A DNA stretch of 58,913 bases, the filler included, from Choristocarpus tenellus KU-1152 (Eukaryota > Protista > Phaeophyceae), in the NCBI GenBank assembly GCA_964200185.2. It is 12 parts of 12 records of this genome, joined end to end, with 100 filler letters (N's around TTAATTAATTAA, not from the genome) between each part and the next. Parts side by side here need not be neighbours in the genome. Positions count along the whole stretch, not along the records: positions 1 to 5,905 come from CAXNAD020009454.1; positions 6,006 to 10,616 come from CAXNAD020013801.1; positions 10,717 to 13,384 come from CAXNAD020025799.1; 9 more parts are not named here. One strand, written 5' to 3'. Below the pieces are notes generated by a model that saw nothing but the letters and a program-made list of their open reading frames with translations, made no database searches and was not told the origin of the DNA. A program made the position numbers and the translations under genes. Below, piece by piece: positions 1 through 12,305 of this stretch (positions within the stretch are counted from its first letter, which is position 1; each line of letters opens with the position of its first letter).

Positions 1-1245
1 CAAACCCATCCTCCATAGTATGCTCCATCCTCAATTTTGGTGAGACGCTGTTCTTGGCTTGATTTCGCCACCAGTACCTACCTCCTAGTTGATCAGTTGC
101 TCAGTTGCTTTTCTGTCAGCAACGTGTGATGATATTGCTTCCTACTCGAGACTAGGGATCAAAGTATTACGTACACTATGATAATTGGGGATTGGGGCCA
201 GTGATTATTTTCAATTAATGCATTTTACTATTTGTCTGGACTTTTTTTAGGGACTATCAACCCGTGGTCAGAGAGAGGAACTGTACACTGCACTACTTTT
301 CATCATACTAGTCTAACTGTGGTGACTAACTCTTTCACTCACTACGATTAATTGTACTTATTATTGCCTCCGTTCATGCATAGTAGGTGTACTATTCATC
401 GGTGGTTGTGCTTGCCACATTGATTGGTTGAGCAAATCGAAGCCAAGGTTTCTATGAAATGCTGTCTTCTGGTGTTGATTGGGTCCGAGCCCACAAAATC
501 CATGCCGGGAACAGCATTAAGCCACAGGGATGCTCATAGTATTGTTTATTGTGTGCCTACATTGAATCGCCTTCAACTCACTCCATCTAAATCGGTGTGT
601 CTTGTCGTCCATCCTGCCAACACTGACGATTTTATATTTTGGTACCCTCATAAGCGCCCAAAAAAGAGATGGAAACTGGAAATAAAAATAAATTGCTGAG
701 CGCAAACCAATTGAAAGGTGGGCAAGGTTGCATCTAAAGGATCCCGAGAAAGAAGGGCGAAAATGCATATTTTTATATAATTGCAGAAAGAGCCTTCGCT
801 GGATTGTGTTGTCACTTTGTGCATGGAAAGGGGAACATCAATTTTTCATTCAAATTATTATACTATATACCAATGAAATAGTGTATTGCACAGGGTAAGA
901 AAGATTGTTTAGAATGTAAAAGCTCCAAACCTTCCTACGTCTCAATTGGTTTGAGTCTGAGATTTTCGCGATTATTTATATTTTGCTTTCTCCACTCCCC
1001 CACACTTCGCCAATGTTCCACACATGAAAGTATGACACACTGTTTATTACTTTATTATTTTAGTATGGTTTCCGACATTTCCCAGATGTATCAGAGAAAA
1101 ATCAACGAAAACAATTCACACTATTTATCATTACTATCAGTTCCCATCTCTTTGTTTTGCTCACGAATTATGGATTATTATTATTTTATTCTACGTTGTT
1201 TATATTCCTCCCTATTCCCTTTTCTCCCCACATTCTAACAACCCT

Positions 1246-1570
1246 TGTGACCAACCAGTGCGAACTCTTCGCCACTGATTTCCAGCCACCATCCACCTCT
1301 GATGACCAACCAGGGCGAACCCTCCTTCACCCCTGATTTCCAGTCACCCCCACATCTGATGACCAACCAGGGCGAACCCCCTTCACCCCTGATTTCCAGT
1401 CACCCCTACATCTGATGACCAACCAGGGCGAACCCCCTTCGCCACTGATTTTTCGTCACCCCCCACATCCGATGACCTACCAGGCCAACCCCTTCGCCAC
1501 TGATTTCCAGTCACCCCCCCTATCCGATGACCGACCAGTGCGATCCTTTTCGACACTGATTTCCGGTCTC
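1246..1570. repeat. Minisatellite, ~56-bp unit, ~6 copies
   Basis: The unit GATGACCAACCAGGGCGAACCCCCTTCACCCCTGATTTCCAGTCACCCCCACATCT recurs at ~1247, 1301, 1358, 1414, 1471 and 1526. Confidence 0.9.
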
Positions 1571-2124
1571 TAGCACCCCTTTCAACCCTATTCAACCCCA
1601 CTCAACCCCACACCAGTTACCACTCCACGACACCATTCAACATCACTCAACACCGCTCAACACCACTCAACACCACTCCACATACATCCAAGAACCCCCC
1701 TTCATTATCCCCTTCACACTGTGCCTTTGAGCTAGAAGACATCCACCTCGCCCGAACTTAACCTCCCCTCCCACCCTAAGATCCAAGTCGGTCGTGAGCA
1801 AGCGACAGGGTGGGTGGGCAGGAACGCTTGCTCGGGGGTTCTCTTGATCTAGCCCTCCTCGTCTTGTCGACCAGCCTCAGGTTTCCTCTTTGATTCAACA
1901 CTGCTCATTCCTTCTCCCCTTGTGCCTTCGTCTGCCACCTATTTTCTTAACCCCTCAATATTTAACTCTCTGTTCCCTCCTTGATACTTTTATTTCTTTA
2001 TTGTTCCCTTCCTTGCCTTGTGCCCCCAACCAACCAGAATTCTTCCGCCCACAAAACTTAGATTACTTCATAAACTTTCCCTTTTTCGATGTCTAATTTT
2101 CTGTGATCAATATAAATAAATACA

Positions 2125-2585
2125 TTTTTGTGGTGGAATGTTTTGGGCGCCTCCACAAACAAGCGGAACGTTTCCTGGACGAGCTATATACACACATGAT
2201 AGGGGGGAGAGGAACTGAAGGCTATGATAGGAAAGGGTCGGTCAAATCCTGCCTATCTATGACAAATAGTAGTATTGGCAATAACGCAGGTGGTCTTGTC
2301 TAGACGTGCCATGCGTTTTAAGCTGGAGTCACCAGGGAGATGGGCAAGGAGGGGCTTATTAGATTCATGGGATACTTCCCTACCTCCTCACTCTGGGGAG
2401 CAGTAATAGGTAGGCTGGAGACACAACAAGGAAGTGGTACAACATAGTCATAAAATAGCAAATTGATTATTGTTTTCACATTTGCAATAAATAATACTTC
2501 TTCAGAGATTTTTCTGACATGTGAATAGTTTTCAATAGTTTTTCTTTTGACACATCTCCAAAATGTCAGAGGGCATAATAATACA
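2125..2585 (+). mobile_element. 5'-truncated non-LTR retrotransposon (RLE/CRE-like LINE) 3' end
   Basis: Encodes FVVECFGRLHKQAERFLDEL...GGRGTEGYDRKGSVKSCL, resembling the C-terminus of a restriction-like endonuclease ORF. A 3' UTR follows and ends ...TGACACATCTCCAAAATGTCAGAGGGC-ATAATAATA (AAT tail). Homologous to 3871-4335. Confidence 0.7.
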
Positions 2586-3870
2586 AATAAATATGAAGCG
2601 TCAAGAGAGATAGATAGTGTATTGTGAAAATATAAGGTAAAACAAATGTGATCATATTTTAGCATTTTGACCCGAAAAATGACTGAGAATTTGAACCAAA
2701 AAATCGTGATTTCGAAGTTTTGGACAAAGCATATAATTATTTTTTCTAAATGTTCTCGATTGTTCCATTTCCCTCAACAGCCCTCAGAAGATTCGGCTCT
2801 GGAAAGTGTAGTTTTTAGTGTAAAACCTTGGTGTGTATGTGCGAACAGAGGCTGTACAATTAAATAATCCTAGTGCAGCAGATAGTCACAAGTAGTAGTA
2901 GTTAATACGAGAAGTAGTGCGTGTGTAGTACCCCTGACCATGGGTCAAGATAGTCCCTACACTGAATCGAAGCAAAAAGGTAAAATGTCAACAATTACAA
3001 TGATTATACAATATGTTGTGTGACATTGACACTTCGCCAGATCCAGTGTGTAAATCTTCCCTCCCATCACCACTGTATGGGATTTCGCAAACGGGAACAC
3101 GCCGACCACACACTATCCTACAAACATGCCCTTGTTGTGAAGGTTGGCTGTGAGAATATTGAGGCGACTGACCATGTAAAAACGAAGAATCCTGTCCCCA
3201 GAGTCTGTTGCCGTAGAGGGGATGACCAACTTCGCGAAATGTTTGGTGTTTTCAGATGAAAACAGAAGGAAGATGGACAGGAGAAGAACGGGTATGCTCT
3301 TCCAAGATGACCTCAATCGAGAAGTTTGGGATAGCAGCTGAGAAATAGAGCACAAGGGCAACCAAACAGTACAAGAAGGAGGTGATATGAATATGTGGTT
3401 GGTGCAAGAAGCTTCATGGCAGAGTGGCATTCTAACGAGGAAAGTGTGATAGCAAATGCACATCACGGTAAAGCAGCAGCTAAGACAGTCCAAGCAACCA
3501 CCACCACCACTCACTATCTGCTGAATGCGTCCCTCTTTTCCTTGAACCTCGTGTTTTCATGCCACGCGCAGTTATATATTATGTAAGTGCTTTGTAACTA
3601 TTCAATGGCAGGGCTATAGGTTATCTTTGTTACCCTACTTCGTAGATAAGTTACGCTGAATGATTTCCTTCTTCTCTTTCCTGTTTTTTTCTTCTCACTA
3701 TTTTTCCCCCTCCTGTTACAAGTTTACTCACAAATACAACTGTCTCCTAGAAAGTTGTTCACTACAAAGTAATGTTTACACTGCTGCTTCTAACCTAGAA
3801 TAGCCATAGGAAGGTGAGCGACAACCTAGGGGAAGCATCCCAAGAATCTGTGTTGCTCTTATAAGGGTCC

Positions 3871-4335
3871 TTATTATTATGCTCTTTGACATTTTGCAGA
3901 TGTGTCAGGGGAAAAACCAATAAAACTATTCGCATGTCAGAAAAAATCCTCAAAAAACTATGTAAAACTTGTCATAAATGTGAAAAACATCCATTTATTA
4001 TGTTACTACAAGCTATGCTGTACCACTGCATTCCTGTACCTCCAACTAACTTAGTCCTGCACCCCAGGGTGAGGAGGTAGGGAAGCATCCCAAGAATCTA
4101 ACAAGCCCCCCCTTGCCCATCTCCCTGGTGTCTCCAACATAAAATGCATGACACGTCTAGACAGGGCCACCTGCGTTGTAACAGAGACTATTTGTCGTAG
4201 GCAGGATTTGACAGCCCCTTTCCTGTTGTACCCTCCAGTTCCTCTCCCCCCTACCGTATTTGTAGCTAGCTTATCCAGGTAACTTTCCGTTTGCTTACTG
4301 AGGCGCCCAAAACTTTCCACCACAAAGGTTTTAGA
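3871..4335 (-). mobile_element. 5'-truncated non-LTR retrotransposon (RLE/CRE-like LINE) 3' end, second copy
   Basis: Minus-strand FVVESFGRLSKQTESYLDKLATNTVGGRGTGGYNRKGAVKSCLRQIVSVTTQVALSRRVMHF, with the same 3' UTR and an (AAT)n tail at 3871-3880. Confidence 0.72.
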
Positions 4336-4770
4336 GGTTATAACTATGAGGGTCAAAAGAGCCCTCATAGTGGGTGCATTGGCTCTTTTCCTCCAGGTCA
4401 TGAAAGGCTCTCAAGGGGTATGGAGTCTAAATTGGCGACAGAAACTGAACTGGGAGAGAGACACCCTAGACGGGTGTGGGCGCGCGTCAAAGAACAGTTA
4501 GACAGGAGGGATATCGCCTCCCTGAAATCACAAGCACAATCTGGACGGCCGTTGGACTTTACCCCAACAAAACAAGCGAAGATCCGGGAAATCAATGCCA
4601 GTAAACGCACGCTGACTATCGACCAACTTTCCCCCAAGCTCACTGAAGTGGGCCTCACAGTGGACAGCTCAAAGCTTCATCGCTGCACTGCCTCGAAGTC
4701 ATGGAGGCAACAAAGGTTCAGCGGCGCGTCACCCCTAACCTTCATTTTTTCACTAGAAGAACAAGGTGAA

Positions 4771-5321
4771 GAGTCAGAGTATCTTAGAGGGTACAAATTT
4801 TGCCCTGTTTGTCCGTTTGGTGCTTGACTTCCCACAGGTTTTCTATGACATTTTTTAGCTAAAGTATCTTAGAGGGTAGAGTCGCGTCCGTTTGGGGACC
4901 AAAATCCAATGTTGCGATTTTGATGTAATTTTCGCAATCATGTTCGTTACGAAGTAGTGTCAATATCCTTGTTCCAGACACACCTTTTCATAACGTATAC
5001 ATTTTACCTACTCCAAAACATTTCATTGTAGGAAAAAGTAATAAAAAACCTGTGTGAAGCCAAGCCCCAAACACATAACAGGGTAAAACTCATACCCTCT
5101 AACAAACATACTTTCACTCTTTCCTATTCTGAAATATTTCGGAAAAGATAATGTGTATACGTTTTGGAGTAGGTTTCATGTATAGAACTATGAAAAGGTG
5201 TGTCCGGAACAAGGATATGGGCACTTCCTAACAAACACAATAGCCAAAATTACATCAAAACCGCAACAATGGATTTGGTTCCCAAACGGACACGACTCTA
5301 CCCTCTAAGATACTTTGACTC
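4771..5321 (+). mobile_element. MITE family A, outer copy containing a nested second copy
   Basis: TIRs GAGTCAGAGTATCTTAGAGGGTA ... TACCCTCTAAGATACTTTGACTC, with flanks TGAA/TGGA (imperfect 4-bp TSD). Confidence 0.88.
4856..5119 (-). mobile_element. MITE family A, inner copy in opposite orientation
   Basis: AAAGTATCTTAGAGGGTAGAG...TACCCTCTAAC...TACTTTCACTC. The internal sequence is the reverse complement of the outer copy, and the flanks are TTTT/TTTC. Confidence 0.85.
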
Positions 5322-6096
5322 TGGACTTCATCCTCGACCAGATCTCTCGCAACCACAAAATCTACAGGACTGGCCTCAACACCGTTCGCATTGACAAGGC
5401 GTGGTTTTACCTCATCTACAAACGAGAGATGGTGTGCATGTTCCGGGGGAAGGAAAAGGTGAGCTCGACAAAGGTGCAGCACAAGAGTCATATTTCCAAG
5501 GTCATGTTCATCTCCGCCGTTTCATGCCCAGATCCTTCTCAAGATTTCGATGGCAAGATCGGGATCTGGCAGGTTTGTGTCATGAAGGAGGCGCAATGGA
5601 CTACAGCGTGACACACAAAGGGCAAGAAGGATGAGGTCGATGTCACCACTGACGCTGGAGAGGTACCTGGAGTGGTACACGGAGCAGCTGTTGCCAGTGA
5701 TCAAGAAAAAAATGCCATGACTGGAATCAGGGGGGACCTCCATACACCAGGACGGCACAACCCCACATACGGGCAAGGGCACGGTGCAGAAGCTGATGAA
5801 CGCAGCAGGGATGGAGGAGGGGTGCAATATTAAGCTCGTGATGCAGCCAGCACAGTCGCCAGATCTCAACACCAATGATTTGGGGGGGGTTGCACCTCTG
5901 AAGAGNNNNNNNNNNNNNNNNNNNNNNNNNNNNNNNNNNNNNNNNNNNNTTAATTAATTAANNNNNNNNNNNNNNNNNNNNNNNNNNNNNNNNNNNNNNN
6001 NNNNNGCCAAATTCATCCAAGAACCCTGATATGCGACCCCCTCGTTGAAGGTCTCTACAAAAGGGATACCCAGAAATGGGAGGGGGGGGGGGGGGG

Positions 6097-7059
6097 GATA
6101 GGGTTAGGGTTAGAGTTAGGGTAATAGACTTCATTGAGTACCTTTTTATCATCAGCGGCAGATAACTCACAATTAATACTCAAGCGTACACGTGATACAA
6201 TCACATCTACCTACTACAGCAAAGACCTTGGGGGTCGAAACCAGGGTGGAGGTCAGGGTTATATGGTTAGGGTTAGCGATACGGAATATCGTGAAGTTGG
6301 ACAATTAAGAATCAAGCCATTGATTGGTCGATGTTCTAGAAGGTTTCAACACTCTTCTTTTTTTTCTTCGTGCGAAGAAAAAAATCACAAGCTCGAAAAG
6401 GGACAACTGCATTTCTGGTCCGTAACCCCCAACCCTTATCCCAAACACAGAAGTGGCTATGAGCATGGAAGTACTTTCATTCCCATCCATCTTTAATCCT
6501 AACCCTAGCCCTAACCCTAACCCTAACCCTAACCCTAATCCTAATCCACACAACAATAAAAAAAATCTATTGAATGGTTCAGTGTAGACAAGTTGTCAGT
6601 GGATGCAGATTGTGGCAAAACAATCAAAATAATAGGATGATTTATTCGGCCACGACCACAAAAAAGAAATGAGCAAGGTGATTGACCTACAAAAATGTAA
6701 GCTTATTCTTCTTGAAATGCAAAATATTACTAATGACTAGTGTGTGTAACAACCACAAAGGAAAGAGCCAACATTTTATTCTCTACCATTTCACCCTACT
6801 AAACGATGACTCCTTCTTGTGCTTGTCAGGTTAATTCTAGGGCGAGGGCTCTAAGGTCAGGGTTTCAATGTCAAACTCAAATTAATGGAATCAAAGAAAC
6901 CACGTTAGGGAAAATGAAAATAGGCCTTAGCAATATTTCGTTGTCACCACAATAGTAACCCTAACCCTAACATCTGCAGCATGAAGGAAGCATGATATGT
7001 TTGTTTCAAGTGTCCCACTACCCGTATGTAGTTGGGTTAGGATTAGGGTTAGGGTTAGG
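6097..7059. repeat. Cluster of interstitial telomere-like TTAGGG/CCCTAA tracts
   Basis: TTAGGG-type tracts at ~6097-6122, 6255-6276 and 7034-7059, and CCCTAA-type tracts at ~6496-6546 (about 8 units) and 6956-6971. Confidence 0.8.
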
Positions 7060-10000
7060 TTTCTTGGTTGTCACCTCTCCTCCATTTCCCTCTCTGCAGC
7101 CCTCCGGTCTGCATGATCCATTCGCCCATAGTCTCTTCGGTCCAGGTCTGCATCATCGTAGCGGTCTAGCTCAGGTATGGCCACATAGTCTGCATCAATC
7201 CTGTCCATGTCCATGATGTCCTCACCCTCCTCCTGACGCGCATAATCAAGAATAGCATTGGAGCGGGATTCAATCTTAAGGGGTACTTATTGCACTGAAT
7301 GAGTATTTTGCTGTGGCTCTTCCTTTGCTTTGCAAGAAGGGGAAGACCTTGACTTTCTATTCATGTTAGTTTTCCTGCTTGTTTATTGGGGCACATGTGC
7401 GATCTATTTGAGAGTATTTGGAGTGTATACCTGGCGTGGGGATGGCAAAGAAGCAACTGTACAAAACATTAACAACATCCAAGCGACCTGCACAGTTCTT
7501 ATATAAAGCCCATTGCACCGGTGTAACTGATTCCAGTGAAGTCGTATGATTTCCTCACCTCTTCCGCACCCCCTCCATCCTCGCCTCTCGCACCATCTCC
7601 ACCATCACTGTGGTCTGGGTCCTCGTCGATGCCATCATCCCTAGCGGCGTTGTATTCCATGGGAGGCGGGTCAGAAAGTTCACTGTCACCATCCTCGTCC
7701 CCTCCATATCCTGCCCGTCGCCCAGAATCGTCTGTCTCCGTGGTTCCGGCGTTGGCACTGGGGAGGGTGTCATCTCCGAGAACATCAGCAGCATCAGAGT
7801 CAGGAGAGTCGACGGCGTTTAGGCGACGACGCCTCCTGAACGAAGTTGAAAGAACGTTAGGGGAGCACAGTAGAGTGAATAGGGGTAACAGTTCGTGTAC
7901 TCTATTAGGACGATAGAAGACTTCGCGTATAGATGCCCTGGGTGTATACGGCATCTTTGAGGAAAGCTCGTGCTATTGTAGGATGGGACTGAGTTCATCC
8001 TGGGGTCCAACACCGAGGAAGACAAAATTGACCACCCAGGGCATGACGATCTGCCTGATTTCTGATAGTCAAATCCACATCTTCCACTCGTTATCTCGCT
8101 GTGGTAATCTGGGAAGCCATCAAGCCTGTAGGGGTGTCACAGGGCCCCCACCTCATAAACACACCATTTCTAACCTATAGCTGGACCTACCCAGGACAAC
8201 GCATGTGATCGTTGGAGTATGGTGTATTGGTTCATAGCTCCATGCCTCTCGAAACTGTACCTCGGGGGGGAAGACATGATGAACCACTACGATGTACAAG
8301 GAAATCAGAGGCAGTACCAGTTTACGGTCAAGCTTCTGATAGGCTCGCTTCTCCTCTACCTCCGAGACACTTCTTGGGGTTCTGTGCGGAGGCCTTGCAG
8401 ACAACGGGCGATGGAAGTACTCTACTCTACACGCATTGTGTGCCGATGCTTGGATCGTGTGTGAACCACGACTCCCTTTTAAGGGTTTCGGTCTTCCTCG
8501 TAAGATGGTAAGAGTTTGGTCAATACCGCTCAAATTTAAATTTATTTGACATGATCAGGTACACCTCACTCAACCCCCAATTTTTATTCTCTTTCCCCCC
8601 AGCATACCTGTTTTATTACAACCTGACTATTAGTACAAATACACTATGGTGAGGACTATCGATTCTCTTCCAGTAGTTGTTCTATCGAAGCACCCTGGTC
8701 CAAACTCCTCTCACTCGTATCTCCTTGCCTCCCCCGTCCCTCCCCATTCCTGTGGGCAAGGAATGTTTGAAAGACGTATCCTGCAGCACTATTCTCCTTT
8801 TTTTCTACCTTTTGGACATGTGCCGTTTTTCCTATAGTCACTGCTATTGTATACTCCAATATAGAAGTACGTCGGTAGACCTTGTTTACCGAAGACAAGC
8901 TCTGGATTACAGGAATTGGGCGGGAGTATGCCCGACTTCTTAGTTACGCACTAGTCCCTACACACGGAAACACTACACACTGTCAATAGTAGTATTGAGA
9001 TTGATAGCTTGTACAGGTCTTGTTCATAAGCAAAACTACCTCAACCTAGGTGAGTGGTGACTTTTGTTACAGCCCCATATTCTGACAGCTACAAAATATA
9101 AAAATGGGTAAATATTGTTATCCAAAATATTTGCACTGGAAACATTGATAACAATATCTGGTTCATCACAACCGTACAACACCCCCATGATATCAGAGGT
9201 CCAGTCTCTGATAATAAAACAATGTGGTGTTCATTATTTTCTCCTCTCGTAGCTACTTCTTCTCCCCCCCACATAACAATATCTACAAAATGTATGTCAA
9301 TGGGTGTTAAATATTGCCTTAACACTATTGAGATTATAGTGATCATGTGTTACATTCGTGTGTAATAATTCACTACCAATTGTGACAACGTGTATACAAT
9401 TGGTCAAATCATATCCTCCCACTGGACAAATCAGAGATGGGGATGATCTCCGTCAGATTCCTCGTGAAGAGTAGCCCTGTTTGACACGTGTGAATACCAC
9501 TAATCCGCATCAAGCACAACCCATATACGGATCAAAACGGCGAAGCTTTCCATTCGATATTTTGGGACTAATATCTGATAGGTGAACACAACTTACTACG
9601 ACGTGTTGACACCTTAACTTGGTCTACAATACGTCCTCGTCCCTCCATAATTTAGGTAACTTTTTTGAGGAAGTAAGCACATCGTCGCCATTGCTAGTAC
9701 AACGTCAAAAAGCATGGCCTTCATATTCTTTGTAAGTGACAAGACTATCACACTCGCCAAAAATATAGTGTATTAGGGTATTTAGAAAACTGGCTTTCAA
9801 GGCTGAGTGGTACACTCAATCACTAATTTCGTGTCCTGAAAGGTGTTCAAAACAATTGATAGAAGCAGTGTAGACACAATCAATTAGGGTATATCATTAT
9901 GATTTTCTCTGCGTTGCTCCAGAGTGTGTGCGTACTTATCAAGTGATTCCAATCAGAGGAATATCAGAGGATCCGCCCTTGTTGAGGTCACATGAACGAT

Positions 10001-10566
10001 CTTGGGCAAACTCACTTGTTCTATGATTTCGTTCTATATGTTCTATGGCTTTCGGGGGCGCCTGTAACAGATGCATGCGCTTATTTGCGTACTATTAAAA
10101 TAATGTGTGTAATGGGTTGTTTTTCTCTCACTCAACATTCAACATGAATTGGAAACAAAAGTCAACTTCATACTAATCTCAATGCGCTTTGTCAACAATA
10201 GTATGGGAGTAAAATGAATCATACAGTGCTGCTAAAATCACATAAATACTCTCACTGGAGACCTTTTGAATTGCATCAATGTATCATTGCCTAGGGCATG
10301 ATACCATATCTAAAAAATTGCAGTCCGTATGACTTTGCAGTGAGTAATACTCAAGACCTACAGCAGTACTACTACTAATACTACAAGATCATCATCGACC
10401 GTGCATCTCCTATTTTGTAACTGCAGTAGCAGTAGAGCAAATGGCAGCTACCAGGGCATAAAAAACGTCTGTGCTTCAAACTATCGCTTACTGCCACATC
10501 TGCCAAGTCCTGATGCATGGACATGTCATACTTCATGAGGCTTGCTACATTTCTTGGTATGACATA

Positions 10567-10616
10567 GAGTGAAAGTATCTTAGAGGGTACGATTTTTGCC
10601 CTGTTTGTCCATTTAG
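10567..10616 (+). mobile_element. MITE family A, partial copy at contig end
   Basis: GAGTGAAAGTATCTTAGAGGGTACGATTTTTGCCCTGTTTGTCC is truncated by the spacer. Confidence 0.85.
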
Positions 10617-11349
10617 NNNNNNNNNNNNNNNNNNNNNNNNNNNNNNNNNNNNNNNNNNNNTTAATTAATTAANNNNNNNNNNNNNNNNNNNNNNNNNNNN
10701 NNNNNNNNNNNNNNNNCCCCCCCCAAAGATACTTTGACCCTATGCACTGGTCGTTACTGTCACTAGTTCGTCATCACTGCATCAATTACCATCAGAACAC
10801 CGTAGTACAGAACAGTCGCTCCTCATCCCACATACAAGAATAGTATGCGTCACTTGAGTTGTTCTGATGTTCTGTTGTTTGCCTTTTGTATTCTTTCTCT
10901 TTATTCTTCTTAGCTGTAGAAGACCTCAGTTGTATGTTAATTGTTGACTATTATTTGTTTCTTTCTTGGTTGTCATTAATCCCTCTAATGCACCAACCTC
11001 GCTCTGTGCATTAAGAGCACCTGATGCACACCTGGATGCCATACATTCAGAGTTAAACCATACACAGAAAACCCTTGTCCGCCAAGGTAACAAATCTCTC
11101 CACAGATCATGGACTTCTTTCGTTGAATATGTCAAGAAAGGACACTGAATTCACATCACATCATTCTTGATTGAGCGATCAATAACCTCAGTTACAACAT
11201 AACAAATACACCGATGCTTTGCAGCACTACGACTTCTCCTTCGCGACACAGACTATGCGTTTTATACTCTAAAGTACGATGCATTCGATTCAGGTTTTTA
11301 ACACCCTGAAGTTGTGGAGATCTGTGCTGTACTTGTCGGTATGTTTCCA

Positions 11350-11620
11350 GAGTCAAAATTAACTTAAGAGGGTAGAGCCGAGTCCATTTCGGGGTCAAAA
11401 TCCAATCTTGAGATTTTGATGTATTTTTGGCTCTCGTGTTCATCAGGACGTGTCAACATCCTTGTTCTGAACATAAACATGATACCTACTCCAAAACGTA
11501 CACATTTTACCTACTCCGAAACATTTCGAATAGGAAAATATCATAAAAGAACCCACGGAAAGCCAAGCCCCAAACGGACAAACAGGGCAAAACTCGTACC
11601 CTCTAAGATACTTTTCACCC
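11350..11620 (-). mobile_element. MITE family A, full copy with perfect 4-bp TSD (TCCA)
   Basis: TCCA-GAGTCAAAATTAACTTAAGAGGGTAG ... TACCCTCTAAGATACTTTTCACCC-TCCA. Confidence 0.88.
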
Positions 11621-11994
11621 TCCAGGCGAAGAGACCCATTTTCACAAACCCTTCAAAGAAATCAGTGGCTCCAGCTTAGTCTGGTACCTCTATTTTCCTC
11701 TCCGTCATGCACAGTGAGGTGTTGTCTGCTTGTTCCATGGTGGAGCGTACCAGGTGGGGGGGGAGCCAGGCAACTCGTTTGTCCTCCATCTCACTTAGGT
11801 GTATGGCCAGCATCCGTGACCCTGAGCTCTGGATCACCCCAGCCATGTGGATTACTATATAGAACATAACGCCATGGTTGGTTTACTGCTATGCCGATGG
11901 ACGTCCAAAACGATTCCAACTTCAGTTAAGAAAGAAATATGGAAAATAGAATTTTCAGATTGTGGAGGTGAGATGTTACACATCGCCCAACATA

Positions 11995-12305
11995 TATTTT
12001 ATGATGCCCTCTAAAATTTTGCAGATGTGTCAGGGAAAATGGCAATTCAATATCATAAGGACCCCTGCAATAGTAATACGTACAGCAAACATGAAAGATA
12101 TATCTCTAAAATGTATTCACTATTCGACTACCAGCTATATCATACCACGCCCAACATATTGAATTCGGGAGGTCACCCTTCCTACCTACGAAATATAAGG
12201 GGTTATCTTTTACCAAACGACAACTACTGATAGTTTGAAGGAAATGGTTGTGATTGAGTTTATTTTTTCCATGACACATCTTCAAAATGTCTGACGGCAA
12301 AATAT
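11995..12305. mobile_element. Two LINE 3'-UTR fragments in inverted orientation
   Basis: GCCCTCTAAAATTTTGCAGATGTGTCAGGG at ~12006 and its reverse complement ...TGACACATCTTCAAAATGTCTGACGGC at ~12272, from the same family as 2125-2585. Confidence 0.6.

Larger units (their letters stand above)
4400..5905 (+). pseudogene. Degenerate Tc1/mariner transposase related to plant-type DD39D mariners, interrupted by nested MITEs
   Basis: N-terminal SGRP-containing region (4400-4770), then VRIDKAWFY, KSHISKVMFISAV, FDGKIGIW, IHQDGTTPH and QPAQSPDLNTNDLG motifs (5322-5905). It has frameshifts and stops and is cut by the contig end. Confidence 0.88.

Noticed and set aside
1246-1570. CRISPR-like array
   Set aside because: The whole ~56-bp unit is repeated with no unique spacers.
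4291-4827. 178-aa ORF as an intact gene
   Set aside because: It is a chimera of antisense LINE sequence, the mariner N-terminus and a MITE terminus.
4771-5321. Family A MITEs as Stowaway derivatives of the adjacent mariner
   Set aside because: They lack TA target duplications and CTCCCTC-type ends. They interrupt the mariner rather than deriving from it.
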